DNA of 64,000 nt from Heteronotia binoei (lineage: Eukaryota): positions 93,062,001 through 93,126,000 of the forward strand of contig NC_083224.1 in assembly GCF_032191835.1 (NCBI RefSeq), in the 5' to 3' direction. The stretch's first letter is position 1; each line of letters begins with the position of its first letter. Under the pieces are notes generated by a model that saw nothing but the letters and a program-made list of their open reading frames with translations, ran no database searches and was not told where the DNA came from. The translations under genes and the position numbers were made by a program. Positions 34,901-46,900 of the stretch are shown piece by piece.

Positions 34901-37900
34901 AAGATATGCCAGTGTTATCCAAATGAAGATGCCAGAGCTCGTAGGCTTTTCTTTTTGAAATTTTTCCAAGTTTTAATTGTCTTGGAGATTGCCATAGAAC
35001 TGTGGATTTTTGTTGAATCTGCCAGTTCTCCCCTTAGGTTGCTCTTCAGTACAACAAGAAACATTGAAGCCAAAACAACGTCACTCCCCTTTGTGTTACT
35101 CTTGATAGGTTGTAGTTTGGATTTCTGCTGTGAAACTGCAAATGTTACCGCCATTTTGAGATTACACAAAACATTTTCAGATACTTGTTTGTTCACTTTT
35201 CCCAGCTCATTAGGAAGATCTTGATTGTCTTGGTCTATCTGCTCCTATATAATTGCAGCCTCATTACATTTAACCAGAAACTTCTGCACCAGATCTGTTA
35301 TCAGCTCCTTTAAGCAACCAATTCCCTGTTTTATAGAGGATAAGGTAGCCATAAAATCATCCATTTTTACTTGCTGTGTCATCTTTCCACAAAATAATTC
35401 AGTTCAATAGTGAAAGCTGAATAACACCTCAAAGTCCCAAATTAACAAATCCTTCCAAATTTCCACATAAAATATATTTTTCTCTTACATTCCAGTTTGA
35501 CTCAATTCAGTCCCAATAAGTCCTCAAATGCACTTCTCCCTTTTAACATCAGTCAGCCTGTGTTCAAGTTGTAATATGATATGTTGTTTAGTTTTAAACT
35601 AAGTCAGCCCAAATCTGTTCGTTCTTTCCCCTCTTCCCCCTCTTTCAGAACAGTCCAAGTTGGTTTTGAAATAAAGATTTCAGTAGTCGGTAAAGTTGTA
35701 GATCAGACTTACTTGCAAGGTTCCGTTTTGATAGTTGTAGAAAAAAAGATGCTTTGAAAGATCGTTAGCATGAAAAAGAGAAGAAGCTGGCGGTCATCTC
35801 TGTTACCATTCAGAGATGGTGATCAAAGCAGCAGGGCATTGCAACAGCTGCTCAGGGAGTCAGTCACCATTGAACTCCAGAGCCTTGTCAATCTGCATGC
35901 CTTCCAAGACCCTCCCAGAGTCTTGGAGTCGAGTCTTCTTGCCAGAAGACTCCCCAACTGCCAGATTTATGAGCAGCCGAGGAGGGCTGCTCCTCACACT
36001 GAGATGCCAGAACCAGAAGCTCGAAGAGTCTACACGGCCATCTTGTCCCACACCCAAGTGAAGCTGAGAAGAGCACTATGGGCCTTCACAGCTTATTGTA
36101 AACAGGAACATTTAACTATTAACTTTACTAAAATGAAAATACTCATTTTTGCCAAAATGCCTGTCAAACACAAGTGGGTGATTGATGGCCTAGGATAGAT
36201 CAAATTAAAGTGTTTAGTTACATAGACATTACATTTCAGTCTTCTGGTTCAAGACAGCACATCTATCTCATGCTATGGAATCTGCCCAAAGAACAGCCCT
36301 GGCAACTTTGAGATTTTTCTTCACAGAAGGGGGTTCCAACATTCCATGCATGTTGAAAATTTTTTGGAGTAAGGTGGTCCCGCAGCTCATGTATGGATCA
36401 CAGGTTTTCCTATATAATAACTACCATATAGGGTTGCCAAGTCCAATTCAAGAAATATCTGGGGAATTTGGGGGTGGAGCCTGGAGCAAGGGTGTGACAA
36501 GCATAATTGAACTCCAAAGGGAGTTCTGGCCATCACATTTAAAGGGACCACATACCTTTTAAATGCCTTCCTTCCATAGGAAATAATGAAGGATAGGGGC
36601 ACCTTCTTTTGGGGCACATAGAATTGGACTGTCTGGTCCAATCTTTTTGAAACTTTTTTTTTAATTTATACTTTATTAAGTTTTTTCATAAAGCATATCA
36701 CGGACATTCATTCCGTCGAACGAACAGAGGCACTCATCCTACACCCTGTGCACCACCAACATGTATTCTCCTAATCTAAACTGCCTGTAACTTGATCGAC
36801 TTAATTAGATGTCGGCATGCCAATTCCCCAGCCCGGGCACCCCTGGGCAGACAAATCCCAGACTTCAAGGTGCGGCGCATTGAGTATTAGATGCTTCTAA
36901 AAAGGCCGACCAAATCTTTTCAAATTGTTGTTGTTGACATTGCTGGCGATATGCTATCCTTTCTTGCACAGCCAAAGCATACATTCCCTCGAGCCAAGTA
37001 GTAATCGTGCCAGTGAAGTCTTCACACCACTGCCACAGGATAAGCCACTTCGCAATCATTATCGCACGTGCCGCCCATCTTCACTGCCAACGAGTCAATG
37101 GCGAGGTCGACAGGAAATAGTTCAATAATATCTGCATGGCAGAAATGGACTGGTCAATATTAAGTACCTGTTGCATCCATCAAGCGATCCCATCCCAAAA
37201 ATTTTGTAGCGTCAGGCATTTCCACAGCATGTGAACCAGGCCCGCCTCTAGACGTAGACACCGCCAACAAGCCAAAGATTCAGCCAAACCATGCTTATAA
37301 AGGCGGAGAGGAGTCCAATAAATCCTGAACAAAAGCTTTTGTTGAATTAAAATCAAACGAAGATCTTTCGAACAATGTAAAAAATGCTGGAGACCACTGC
37401 AAATAGCTGCCCATTGAAAAGGGTAAATAGGGCAGTTAATTTCCTCGCTCCATTGACATCGCAAATCTTCCATAGAGTATTGCAAGTCTTTTTTCAGACA
37501 TGAATATAAAACACGGACTGGCTTATTTTGTTCTATTGCATGTTCTAGAGTCTGCAGGAGAGGCAGGGCATCCGGAACAGCCAAGGTGTCTATGCCGAAA
37601 GAAGTAGACAGTGAATGCTTCAGTTGCTGGAATTGCAGCCATTGGTTAGCTGGTAACCCAAAGGCACTTTGTAGATCCTCAAAAGAGAGAAACGTGTCCT
37701 CATTGCTATCTTTAAGCTGATTGAGAGTTAAGAGACCCCTCTGTGCCCACGGCTTCCAGATCACCGGCCGTCCCCTATCTTCACTTCAGGGTTGTCCCAA
37801 AGGGTCATCCAACTATGGATGTAGTTGTCAAATCCATAGGTATCACCCAAATATTGCCATGTTTGTCTTGTCGCCCGAATCGATGGAAGAGCCGACTCTC

Positions 37901-40900
37901 CCTGATGGTATGTTGACCCGAGCGCGTTCCATGTCGACAAAGGAGTAAGAACAGCAGTTTCCAAGTTCATCCAGGGAGACTCAACAAGATAATTAAGTGG
38001 AGCCCATCGCTGAATACCAGCCAGCAAGTATGCCCGATGGTATAGGCATAAGTTTGGCAAGCCAAATCCACCTCGGTCAAATAGTAACTGTAGACGTGCC
38101 CACGACAGCCGAGGGGGTTTCCCCTCCTACAGGAAATTCATTAATATTGAGTTGATTTTTCGAAACCACTTCTGCAGTATATATTGATGGATACCACGCA
38201 ACACATAAAAAAAACGGGGATAGATGATCATCTTCAGAGCATTTATTTTACCTCAAAGCGACAAGGGGATAGCGGACCATCGCTCTAGCTCCAGCTGTAT
38301 TTTCCCTATTACTTTATTTAAGTTTAACGATATCAGCATCTTAGGCTGTTTAGGAATAAGAATACCCAAATAAATAATAAAAGCCTCTTGAACTGAGAAC
38401 TGCCCAATGTCTCCCATCAGTGCCACTTCGCCCCCGATCTGTAAAATTTCTGATTTTTGCCAATTAATTTTATAACCGGACAACCTGCTGAAGTAATTTG
38501 CCAGTTGAATAATCACTGGTATCGATATTTCCGGCTGCGTGATGGTGAGGATGGCGTCGTCAGCATATAACAAAATCTTAAATGTCTGTGATTGGTAACA
38601 CATGCCATGGATATTGTCATTCAGTCGAACCGCCCTAGCGAATGGTTCCAAACAAAGATCAAAGAGAAGAGGGGATAGCGGGCACCCCTGTCTGGTGCCG
38701 CACCGAAGGTTAATTGACGCCGAAAGGTGACCATTCACCCGCACCCTTGACGTAGCGGACTTGTAGATCAGGCACATCCAATGAAGGAAATCTTTTTGGA
38801 AACCCATATGTTTCTTTTTTTTTTTTTTTCCATTTTTTATTTTATTGTGTCTCAAATATTACATTACATAGAATACATTTCCAATTCTCTTGTGACACCA
38901 TTTTTACCCCTATTTATATCCCTCCCCCCCACCAAGTGACCATACTAAAGTTACAATTAAATTTTTAACCATGAGCACACTTTTCCCAATTTTTCAAATA
39001 TAGCTTTGTTGGCTTCCCCCTTAAATACCCATGAGAAGTATATATCCCATTTCTCTTTTATCTCTTCAATTTTTCTATCCCATATCTTATCTTGTTTTAA
39101 ACATTCTAATATATCTGATTGTATATATTCATACAAATAATTGTTCCATCTTTCCAGGGTCCATTTTAAGCTCTCCTTCCAACCATATGCTATCACTGCA
39201 TGTGCTGCTAATATCATTGCTTTGAAAATGCTCTGGTTTTGTTTCTCAATTTTATTGTTTTCCAGTACCCCCATAAATAACAACTCCCCATCTATATCAA
39301 TATTAAACTTGCATACCCCCACTATTTTTCCCCGAATTTTCCCCCAAAACTCTATAACCTTGGGGCACTCCCACCATAAGTGGGAGTACCACCCTTCTTT
39401 TGCATTGCAGTGCCAACAATTTGGTTTCATCCCTTTAATCATATATGCCAATTGAGCCGGCGTCCTATACCATTTCAAGATTATCTTCCTTTCCAGTTCT
39501 CTATATTTCTCTATCTTAATTTTCTTCAAATTCATCATTAACTTATTCACCTCCCCATCAGTTATTTGTTTTTCTTTATTCCATTTGTTCTTTAAGGTTC
39601 TATACATGAACTCCTTATCTTTTACCAATTCAAGGTAAATAATCCCTGACAGTCCTTTCTTCCTTTCATCCACATATAGTACCTTTTCTATAAAATTGTC
39701 ATCTCTTTTAATAGCATCTTTGTACTTTTCTTGTCGGATTGTTTCATATAATCCCATTAGATTTAACCAATATTGTTTCCCTATCTTACAGTTCAACTCC
39801 TGAAGTGGTAATAAGGCCCCTTGGCTATTGTACAAATCCTTGACTCTTATTATGTCTTCCCTTTGCAGCTCTTCATAGAATTTTGGGTTCATCTCTTTTT
39901 CCCAGATATCCTTAAGTGGGGTCCATTTCGAGGTTAAAGGCATTAAGATCTTTTTCCACCTCTTCCACACAATTAAAGCTATTTTTCTTGGACCTTCGGT
40001 TTGTATCGTTACCTTTTTTATCTCTCTCGTGTAAATTCCACTACTACCTGCTCCCTTATTGACTGCAGATTCAAGTCTTACCCATTTATCCCCTTTCCTC
40101 CATTCTAGCTCCATCAATGCTTTCAACTGAACTGCATCATAATAAGCTTGTAAATATGGAACTCCCCATCCTAGTTCATCTTGGGGCATATATATCAACT
40201 TTTTTTGTATTCTTGCTTTTTTCCGACCAAAGACCCAATTTTTAATATGTTCATCCCATTTCCTTATCGTTTCCTGATCTAATCTTATAGGAAGTACTTG
40301 AAATAAATATAGCAGCTTTGGGAGTATAAACATTTTTATTGCTCTAATTTTCCCTAGGATACTCAGATTTTTGTTCTTCCATTCCTTCAATTTCTTTAAA
40401 ATCTTTAACCACACCTTATTATAATTCATTTTTTGTAGCCTCTCTATATTTTTATTAAGATAAACTCCTAAATATTTAATTTTGCTAACTCCTGATTTCA
40501 TCCCCGTTAAGGCTAATATTGCCTTCTTGGTTTCCCCACCTACATTAATAAACATTATTTCTGATTTCTTAATGTTTATTCCCAGTCCCGAACATAACTT
40601 AAAATCTTCTAAAATAACTAACAATTCTCGTATTGCCTGCAGTGGATTACTTATTGTCAACAAAATATCGTCCGCAAAAAGGTTTAATTTCAATTCTTCC
40701 TTACCTATTTGAAATCCCTGAATTCTACCACTATTTCGTATCCTATCTGCTAGGGGTTCAATTGCTAATGCAAATAACAGAGGGGACAATGGGCAACCTT
40801 GCTTTACTCCTCTCTGTATCGAAATTTCTCTAGAGTGCCCATCATTTATTCTAATTACTGCTTTACCCCCCCTATAGATTTCCCTTACAACATTTAAAAA

Positions 40901-43900
40901 GGGCCCATCAAAACCAAAGTTTTCCAATACCTGCATTAAATAATTGTGATTTACCGTATCAAACGCCTTATACACGTCTAATTTTAACAAGGCTAAAGTT
41001 TTCTTATCCTTACAGAACAAAACATTCAATATATTTCTCAATGGATCTGCAATAAATCTACCTCTAACAAAACCATATTGATCTTCCTTAATCAAGTTTG
41101 GTAAATATTTTTCTAGTCTATTAGCTAGAATTTTTGTAAATATTTTATAGTCTTGATTCATCAGGCTAATTGGCCTATATGAATTTATTTCTAGGGGATC
41201 CTTCTGCGGCTTCAAAATTGGTAAAATTTCAGCTTTTTTCCATGAATCTGGTATTTTCCCCCCTTTTAAAATATAATTAAATAAACTTTGCATTTCTGGT
41301 ATCATTAACTCTGCCATTTCTTTATAATATTCTGCCGTAAAACCATCCAAACCAGGGGATTTCCTATTTTTTAACCTTTTTAATACCTCTATTATTTCCT
41401 GCCGGGTAATTTCTTTATTCAGGCTCTCTCTCTGTTCTATCGTTAATTTATTATCTAACTGTTCCTCGAATCTTTGGTTTTCTCCCGATTTGAATAGTTG
41501 TTGATAGAATGTAGCAAATTCCTCTCTTATCCGAGCGTTTTTAAAAAATTGTTTATCCCCATTTCCCTTAATACATCCAATTTTTTGTTTTTCCTTTTTC
41601 GTCTTTAAATAATTCGCCATTCTTCTCATTGTATTTATATTAATTCTATGATACTCATTCTTAACTAATATATCCTTTTTCCACATAGATAATGAATCCA
41701 AGTTCTCTAAATCTTTTTTAAGTTTTTTGAATAATTCATATGACTGCCTATTATAATTTCCCTGCAGGTCTTTCTGTATTCGTTTAATCTCATTTACTAT
41801 CCTACTTCTTTCCTTATTATTTTCCTTTCTAATTCTAATTTCCTTAGCTATATAAGCTCCTCTTATAACTGCCTTAGCCGCATCCCAAACTACTCCTTCT
41901 GTGGCTGAATTTCTATTTTCTCTAAAATAGCATTCTATATCCCTTCTTAAATCCATCCGATCTTTTCCTGTCAAGGGCAGATATGCCTTATATTTCCAAG
42001 TAAACTCTTTTCTCTCTTCACTTATTCTAAATTGCACCTTTAAAGGAGCGTGGTCCGAAATCCATAATGGCTCAGTTACTGCCTTCATCACCTCTAACTC
42101 ATTTGATTCCTTTACTAAAATATAATCTATATATGAAAAAGTCTTAAATCTATTAGAGAAATATGTAGGTTGAGGATTGTTCCCTTCATATGTGAACACA
42201 TCTTTCAATTTCCATTTCTTAAATTTCAAGGTTTTACTTTTCTTAAAATCATAATTCATGTCCCCTGCCACTACCACATCCCCTTCATAAAAGTTCTGCA
42301 ATTTCTGGAATACCTTATTTAAGAAGCTCACCTGACCCACATTTGGGGCATAGATAGATGCTATTGTAAACTTCCTACTATTCAACTTAAATTTCAAAAA
42401 AACATATCTCCCCTCTAAATCAGATATTTGATCCAGTACTTCTAACTTCAAGCTAGAATGTGTAAGTATCGCTACCCCTCTTGCCTTCCTAGTTCCTCTT
42501 GCTTCCACCCTTGTTTCCCATAGTGTAGAGTTTAGTAGGGGTTTTTTATCTTTTTTACCTTTATGGGTCTCCTGGAGACACACTATATCTATTCCCTGTT
42601 TTTTTAGCATATTTTTCAGTCTATACCTTTTTAAATCTGAAGCCAACCCATTTATATTTAAAGATAATATTTTAATTGTCTCAACCATTTTCCTTTGTAA
42701 ATTTCATACATATGTGCTCATTTCTATCCTCTCTTACTTGATGGTCACTACCTTTCCCCTTCCCCCTCCCCGAAGAAGAACCCTCAAAGGGTATACAGGT
42801 GGCATAACCTCCTGACCTCTTCGTTGCTAAGTTGGGGTCCACGTTCCTTTCCCTTCCTCCCTATCTAATTAATATAACTCATTTCAATATTTCTCTATAA
42901 GCCATCTTATTCCAAAAAAATTTTTTTTTTTTTAAAGTAAACTGAAAGCAATATTAAGTTCCCTTGGAGGCCCTCATTACTAAGAGCCCCCAGTGTCTTT
43001 TCTCAAACGCTTTGGCTTGCTTTGCAATGTCTGACTCGACTCTCCTTCTTCTTCACTGCTACTTGGAGTGTTCTCACAAGGTTCCTGTTGCTCGTCTTCT
43101 TGCTCCTCCACATTTCCTGGTTCTAACGGTCTCATGTTGATTCCCAATCTCTCCAACATTTTTCTTGCCTCTTCTGGATTTTTAGCTCGCAGCAGCTTGC
43201 CTTCTTTAAAAACCAAAATCACTGCCGGGTAGCCCCATGAAAATAATATTCCATTTTCAAAAAGACTTTGCGTATAAGGTCTTAGTATTGCTCTTTGCTG
43301 GAGTGTCTCTGGAGAGAGGTCCTGTCTTACTATAACTTTATTATCATCAAACTGTAAATCCTTCTGAAGTTTCAAACATTTATAAATATTGTCCCTTATT
43401 TTCTCTCTTGCAAAAGCCATAATAACATCCCTTGGCTTTGCTCCCAGGCTTGGCTTGGGGCGTAGAGATCTGTGTACTCTTTCTATATCTTCCGTTTGTA
43501 TCCTTAAATCATAACGCTCAAGCCATTCCAGTAGTTTTGATTCAAGGTCTTTCTGTGTAATCTCTTCAGGGATGCCTGATAAGCGAATGTTTCTTCTCCT
43601 TTGACGATCGCTTACAAACGCTAATTTGCTCGTTAGCTCTTTAATTTTGTCTTCATTAACTTGAGCTTTTTTGGCTGCCTTATCAGCCACCTTTTTTATG
43701 TTCTTAATTTCTATGGCCATCTGTCTCAGGTCTGTTTTAAGAGCTTTAATATCGCCCCTTACATTCTGTTCTGAAGAAGCAATGAGCTGTGTTAAATCCT
43801 TCAGCTCCTTTTTAGTCGCCATGTTCTCTTCTCGCTTTCTGGCCTCCTCCCAGGGAGCGGAGAGTAAAGAGATGATAAGAAATCACACTTCCAAAGACTC

Positions 43901-46900
43901 ACTCTGATTAATGCCCTCCAGGTCTTGCTTCCTTCCACAAATATTTCAAACTGTTTTCAAAAGTTTATCTCTCTTCTTCGATGGCTTAATAACAAATTTC
44001 TCCGGGAGTACGTTCTGGGAGCGTCTTAACCGATTTGACGCATGCGTGGTTCCCCCGGAAACCCATATGTTTCAATACCATCTGCAAGAAAGATCTATCA
44101 ACCCGATCGAAGGCCTTCTCTGCGTCTAGAGAAATAAGGAGGGCGACAACATCTTTCTGAGCGTGGATCGCGGCCAAATCCGTGATAAGCCGAATATTAT
44201 CTGCACCAGAACGTCCTTGGATAAAACCGGTTTGGGAAGGGTCGACCACCGAGACCAATCTTTTTGAAACTTGGAGGGTATTTTGGAGAGAGGCACCAGA
44301 TGCTACGCTGTGAATTTGGGGTCTCTACCGCAAAAGACAGCTCCCCCAGAGCCCCAGATACCCGTGGACCCATTCTTCATTATTTCCTATGGGAATACAT
44401 CTCCCTAGGGAATAATAGAGTTCCCAGCAGACATTCCCCTCCCTTCCCCCCGCTTTCTGATGACCCTGAAGCGGGGGGAGGGCCTCCAAACCGGGGGATC
44501 CCCTGCCCCCACCTGGGGATTGGCAACCCTACTACCATAAGTTGGAATTGGGCCAGTCTAAATTTTTAGATCTATATTTGGAGTACCTCTCTGTGTTCCC
44601 AGTGTCCTTAGGTAAGAGGCAGGCCTAGTATTACTAGAAGCACAGGCCTGGTTTCACGCTCTATGTTTCTGGTGTAGGCTAAATTTCTCCTCCTCTGAAC
44701 TAGTTTCCTCAGTCCTGTTAGATATTTATTTTTTTATTTTTTTTATTTGTGATTTATATCCCGCCCTTCCCACTAGGTGGCTCAGGGCGGCTTACAACAT
44801 GTAAAATCTAACATAAAAATATAAATTATGGATAAAAATTAGTCATTCACAGTTTACCCACTAAAAATCTAAAAATCTAAACAATCACATAGTTATATTT
44901 AAAACATTCAAGACATATGGCGGTCTTACATCTCCACTCAGTTTCAGTTTCAGTGCTGGCTAGTTGTAGGCCAGCCGGAAGAGGACTGTCTTACAGGCCC
45001 TGCGGAATTGCACAAGGTCCCGCAGGGCCCTTACCTCTTCCGGCAGCTGGTTCCACCAGGACGGGGCCATTACAGAGAAGGCCCTGTCCCTTGTGGTTTT
45101 CAGCCGGGCTTCCTTTGGCCTGGGGACAACCAGGAGATTTTGAGTTCCCGATCTCAGTACTCTCTGGGGCACGTGTGGGGAGAGACGGTCCTTCAGGTAG
45201 GCAGCTCCTAGGCCATATAGGGCTTTAAAGGTGATGACCAGCACCTTGTACCAAACTCGGTGAGATATTGGCAGCCAGTGCAGAGCCCGGAGCCCCGGCT
45301 GAATGTGCTCCCATCTTGGGAGCCCCAATAACAGCCGGGCAGTGACGTTCTGCACTAGCTGCAATTTCCGGGTTCGGCACAGGGGCAGCCCCATGTAGAG
45401 GGCATTGCAGTAGTCCAACCTCGAGGTGACTGTTGCATGGATCACCGTTGCTAGGTCACCGCGCTCCAGGAAGGGAGCCAACTGCCTTGCTCGCCTAAGA
45501 TGGAAAAATGTGGACTTGGCAGTGGCTGCTATCTGGGCCTCCATCATTAATGAAGGCTCCAGTAGTACCCCCAGGCTCCTGACCCTATGCGCCGCAATCA
45601 GCGGTGCACCGTCAAAAACCGGTAGGGGTATTTCCTGTCCCGGACCCCGGCGGCCCAAGCAAAGGACCTCTGTCTTCGCCGGATTTAGCCTCAGCCCGCT
45701 CAGCCTGAGCCACCTAGCCACAGCCTGTAACGCCCGGTCTAGATTTTGTGGAACGCAGACCGGCCGGTCGTCCATAAGCAGATAGAGCTGGGTGTCATCA
45801 GCATACTGGTGACAACCCAGCCCGTACCTTCGGGCAATCTGGGCGAGGGGACGCATATAGATGTTAAATAACATCGGGGAGAGAACCGCACCCTGGGGCA
45901 CTCCGCAATCAAGCGTGTGCCTCTGGGACAGCTCGTCCCCGATGGCGACCCTCTGTCCCCGACCTTCAAGGAAAGAGGAAAGCCACTGCAAGGCCAACCC
46001 CTGAATCCCCGCGTCTTTTTTTTGTTGTTGTTCAAAGTGGATGAGAGTAATTGAGGACAAGCTGTTACTACTTAGTTTTTCCAGTGCAGCATTGTTGCAT
46101 CTTGGTTACCAAGGAGCTAAAGCCATAGTCAAAAAAAGATTATGGGATAGCTCCCTTCAGATGAATAGATGACTATTCAATTCCAGCAGTAGGGTATTGT
46201 AATCAAAATTTTGCTCTGGCCTTCTTGCTGGAATTTCATAAACATTGTAGAGCCTTTACCATGACCTGACTCAATGTGTTACCATCTGCCTTGCTCGAAG
46301 GGATATATGCACATATTTCATATGTGAAGCATCTCTGTCTTTGTCAATCTGGATCAGTAGAGACAATTGAACGTGTCCTTTTACACTGTGAGCTTTACCA
46401 GAACATCCAGTCTTCATGTATTATTCCATTTACCTCCAGATTTCTGGGCAGATCTAATCAATTTTATGCTTCTCTGCTTCTTGCCAATCACTGTCATGAA
46501 ATAACTTCCATGGTAGCAAGGTTTTGTTCCTTGGCATGTTTAATTAGGCAGCAAACATGATCCTGTTTTAATGTACTTATTCTAGCTAATGCAGTTTACT
46601 TATATTTATTATATGTATTATATTTAACTCCAATTTTAATGCTGTATTTTAGCTAAGAATTTTTTAAAGTTTATTTAATACATGTCATATCACCCCACAA
46701 TTTTTTTTAAAAAAATAGAAATTTACTGGGATGTGGAGCAAACCCCCAAAGTAAAGTTTGTATGAACAGGGCCCCATACAGTCAAGAGAAAAGTCAACAA
46801 AAAATCAGGGCAAGGAAGGTCAACGATATGTCTTAAGTCTAATCAGAAAATGGCCCCTACAAAATGGTTTGGAATCTGTCCCATACCATCCCATAAAAGT

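Larger units (their letters stand above)
38815..44056 (-). mobile_element. L1-B: full-length L1 with intact ORF1 and ORF2
   Basis: 5' end GGGGGAACC..., 5' UTR ~234 nt, ORF1, 291-nt spacer, ORF2, short 3' UTR, AATAAA and poly(A). TSD ggaaacccatatgtttc at 38798-38814 and 44057-44073. Confidence 0.95.
36656..44254 (-). mobile_element. L1-A: 5'-truncated, degraded L1 (two pieces, 44254-44074 and 38797-36656)
   Basis: [26 protein letters not shown] continues as [25 protein letters not shown], then CWRC..HMLWKC. TSD ccaatctttttgaaactt at 36638-36655 and 44255-44272. Confidence 0.9.
36429..44531. mobile_element. hAT-type element (TAGGGTTGCCA TIR) split by L1 insertions
   Basis: tagggttgccaa at 36429 and ttggcaacccta ending at 44531; perfect 8-bp TSD ctaccata (36421-36428 and 44532-44539). 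The internal sequence matches the uninterrupted relative at 53725-54482. Confidence 0.9.
32040..46600 (+). mobile_element. Old LINE (RTE-X-like, clade tentative), fragmented into five pieces by later insertions
   Basis: Collinear ORF2 remnants: [10 protein letters not shown] (~32100), LYAAFVD and [17 protein letters not shown] (~32715); then [18 protein letters not shown] (36045-36428); [17 protein letters not shown] (44540-); [10 protein letters not shown] and [16 protein letters not shown] (46030-46560). Outer boundaries approximate. Confidence 0.7.

Noticed and set aside
36031-36046. YY1-like AAGATGGCCG as an L1 5'-end promoter motif (minus strand)
   Set aside because: It is the right-hand TSD copy and belongs to the host LINE's YAD-T-x-ILS coding region.
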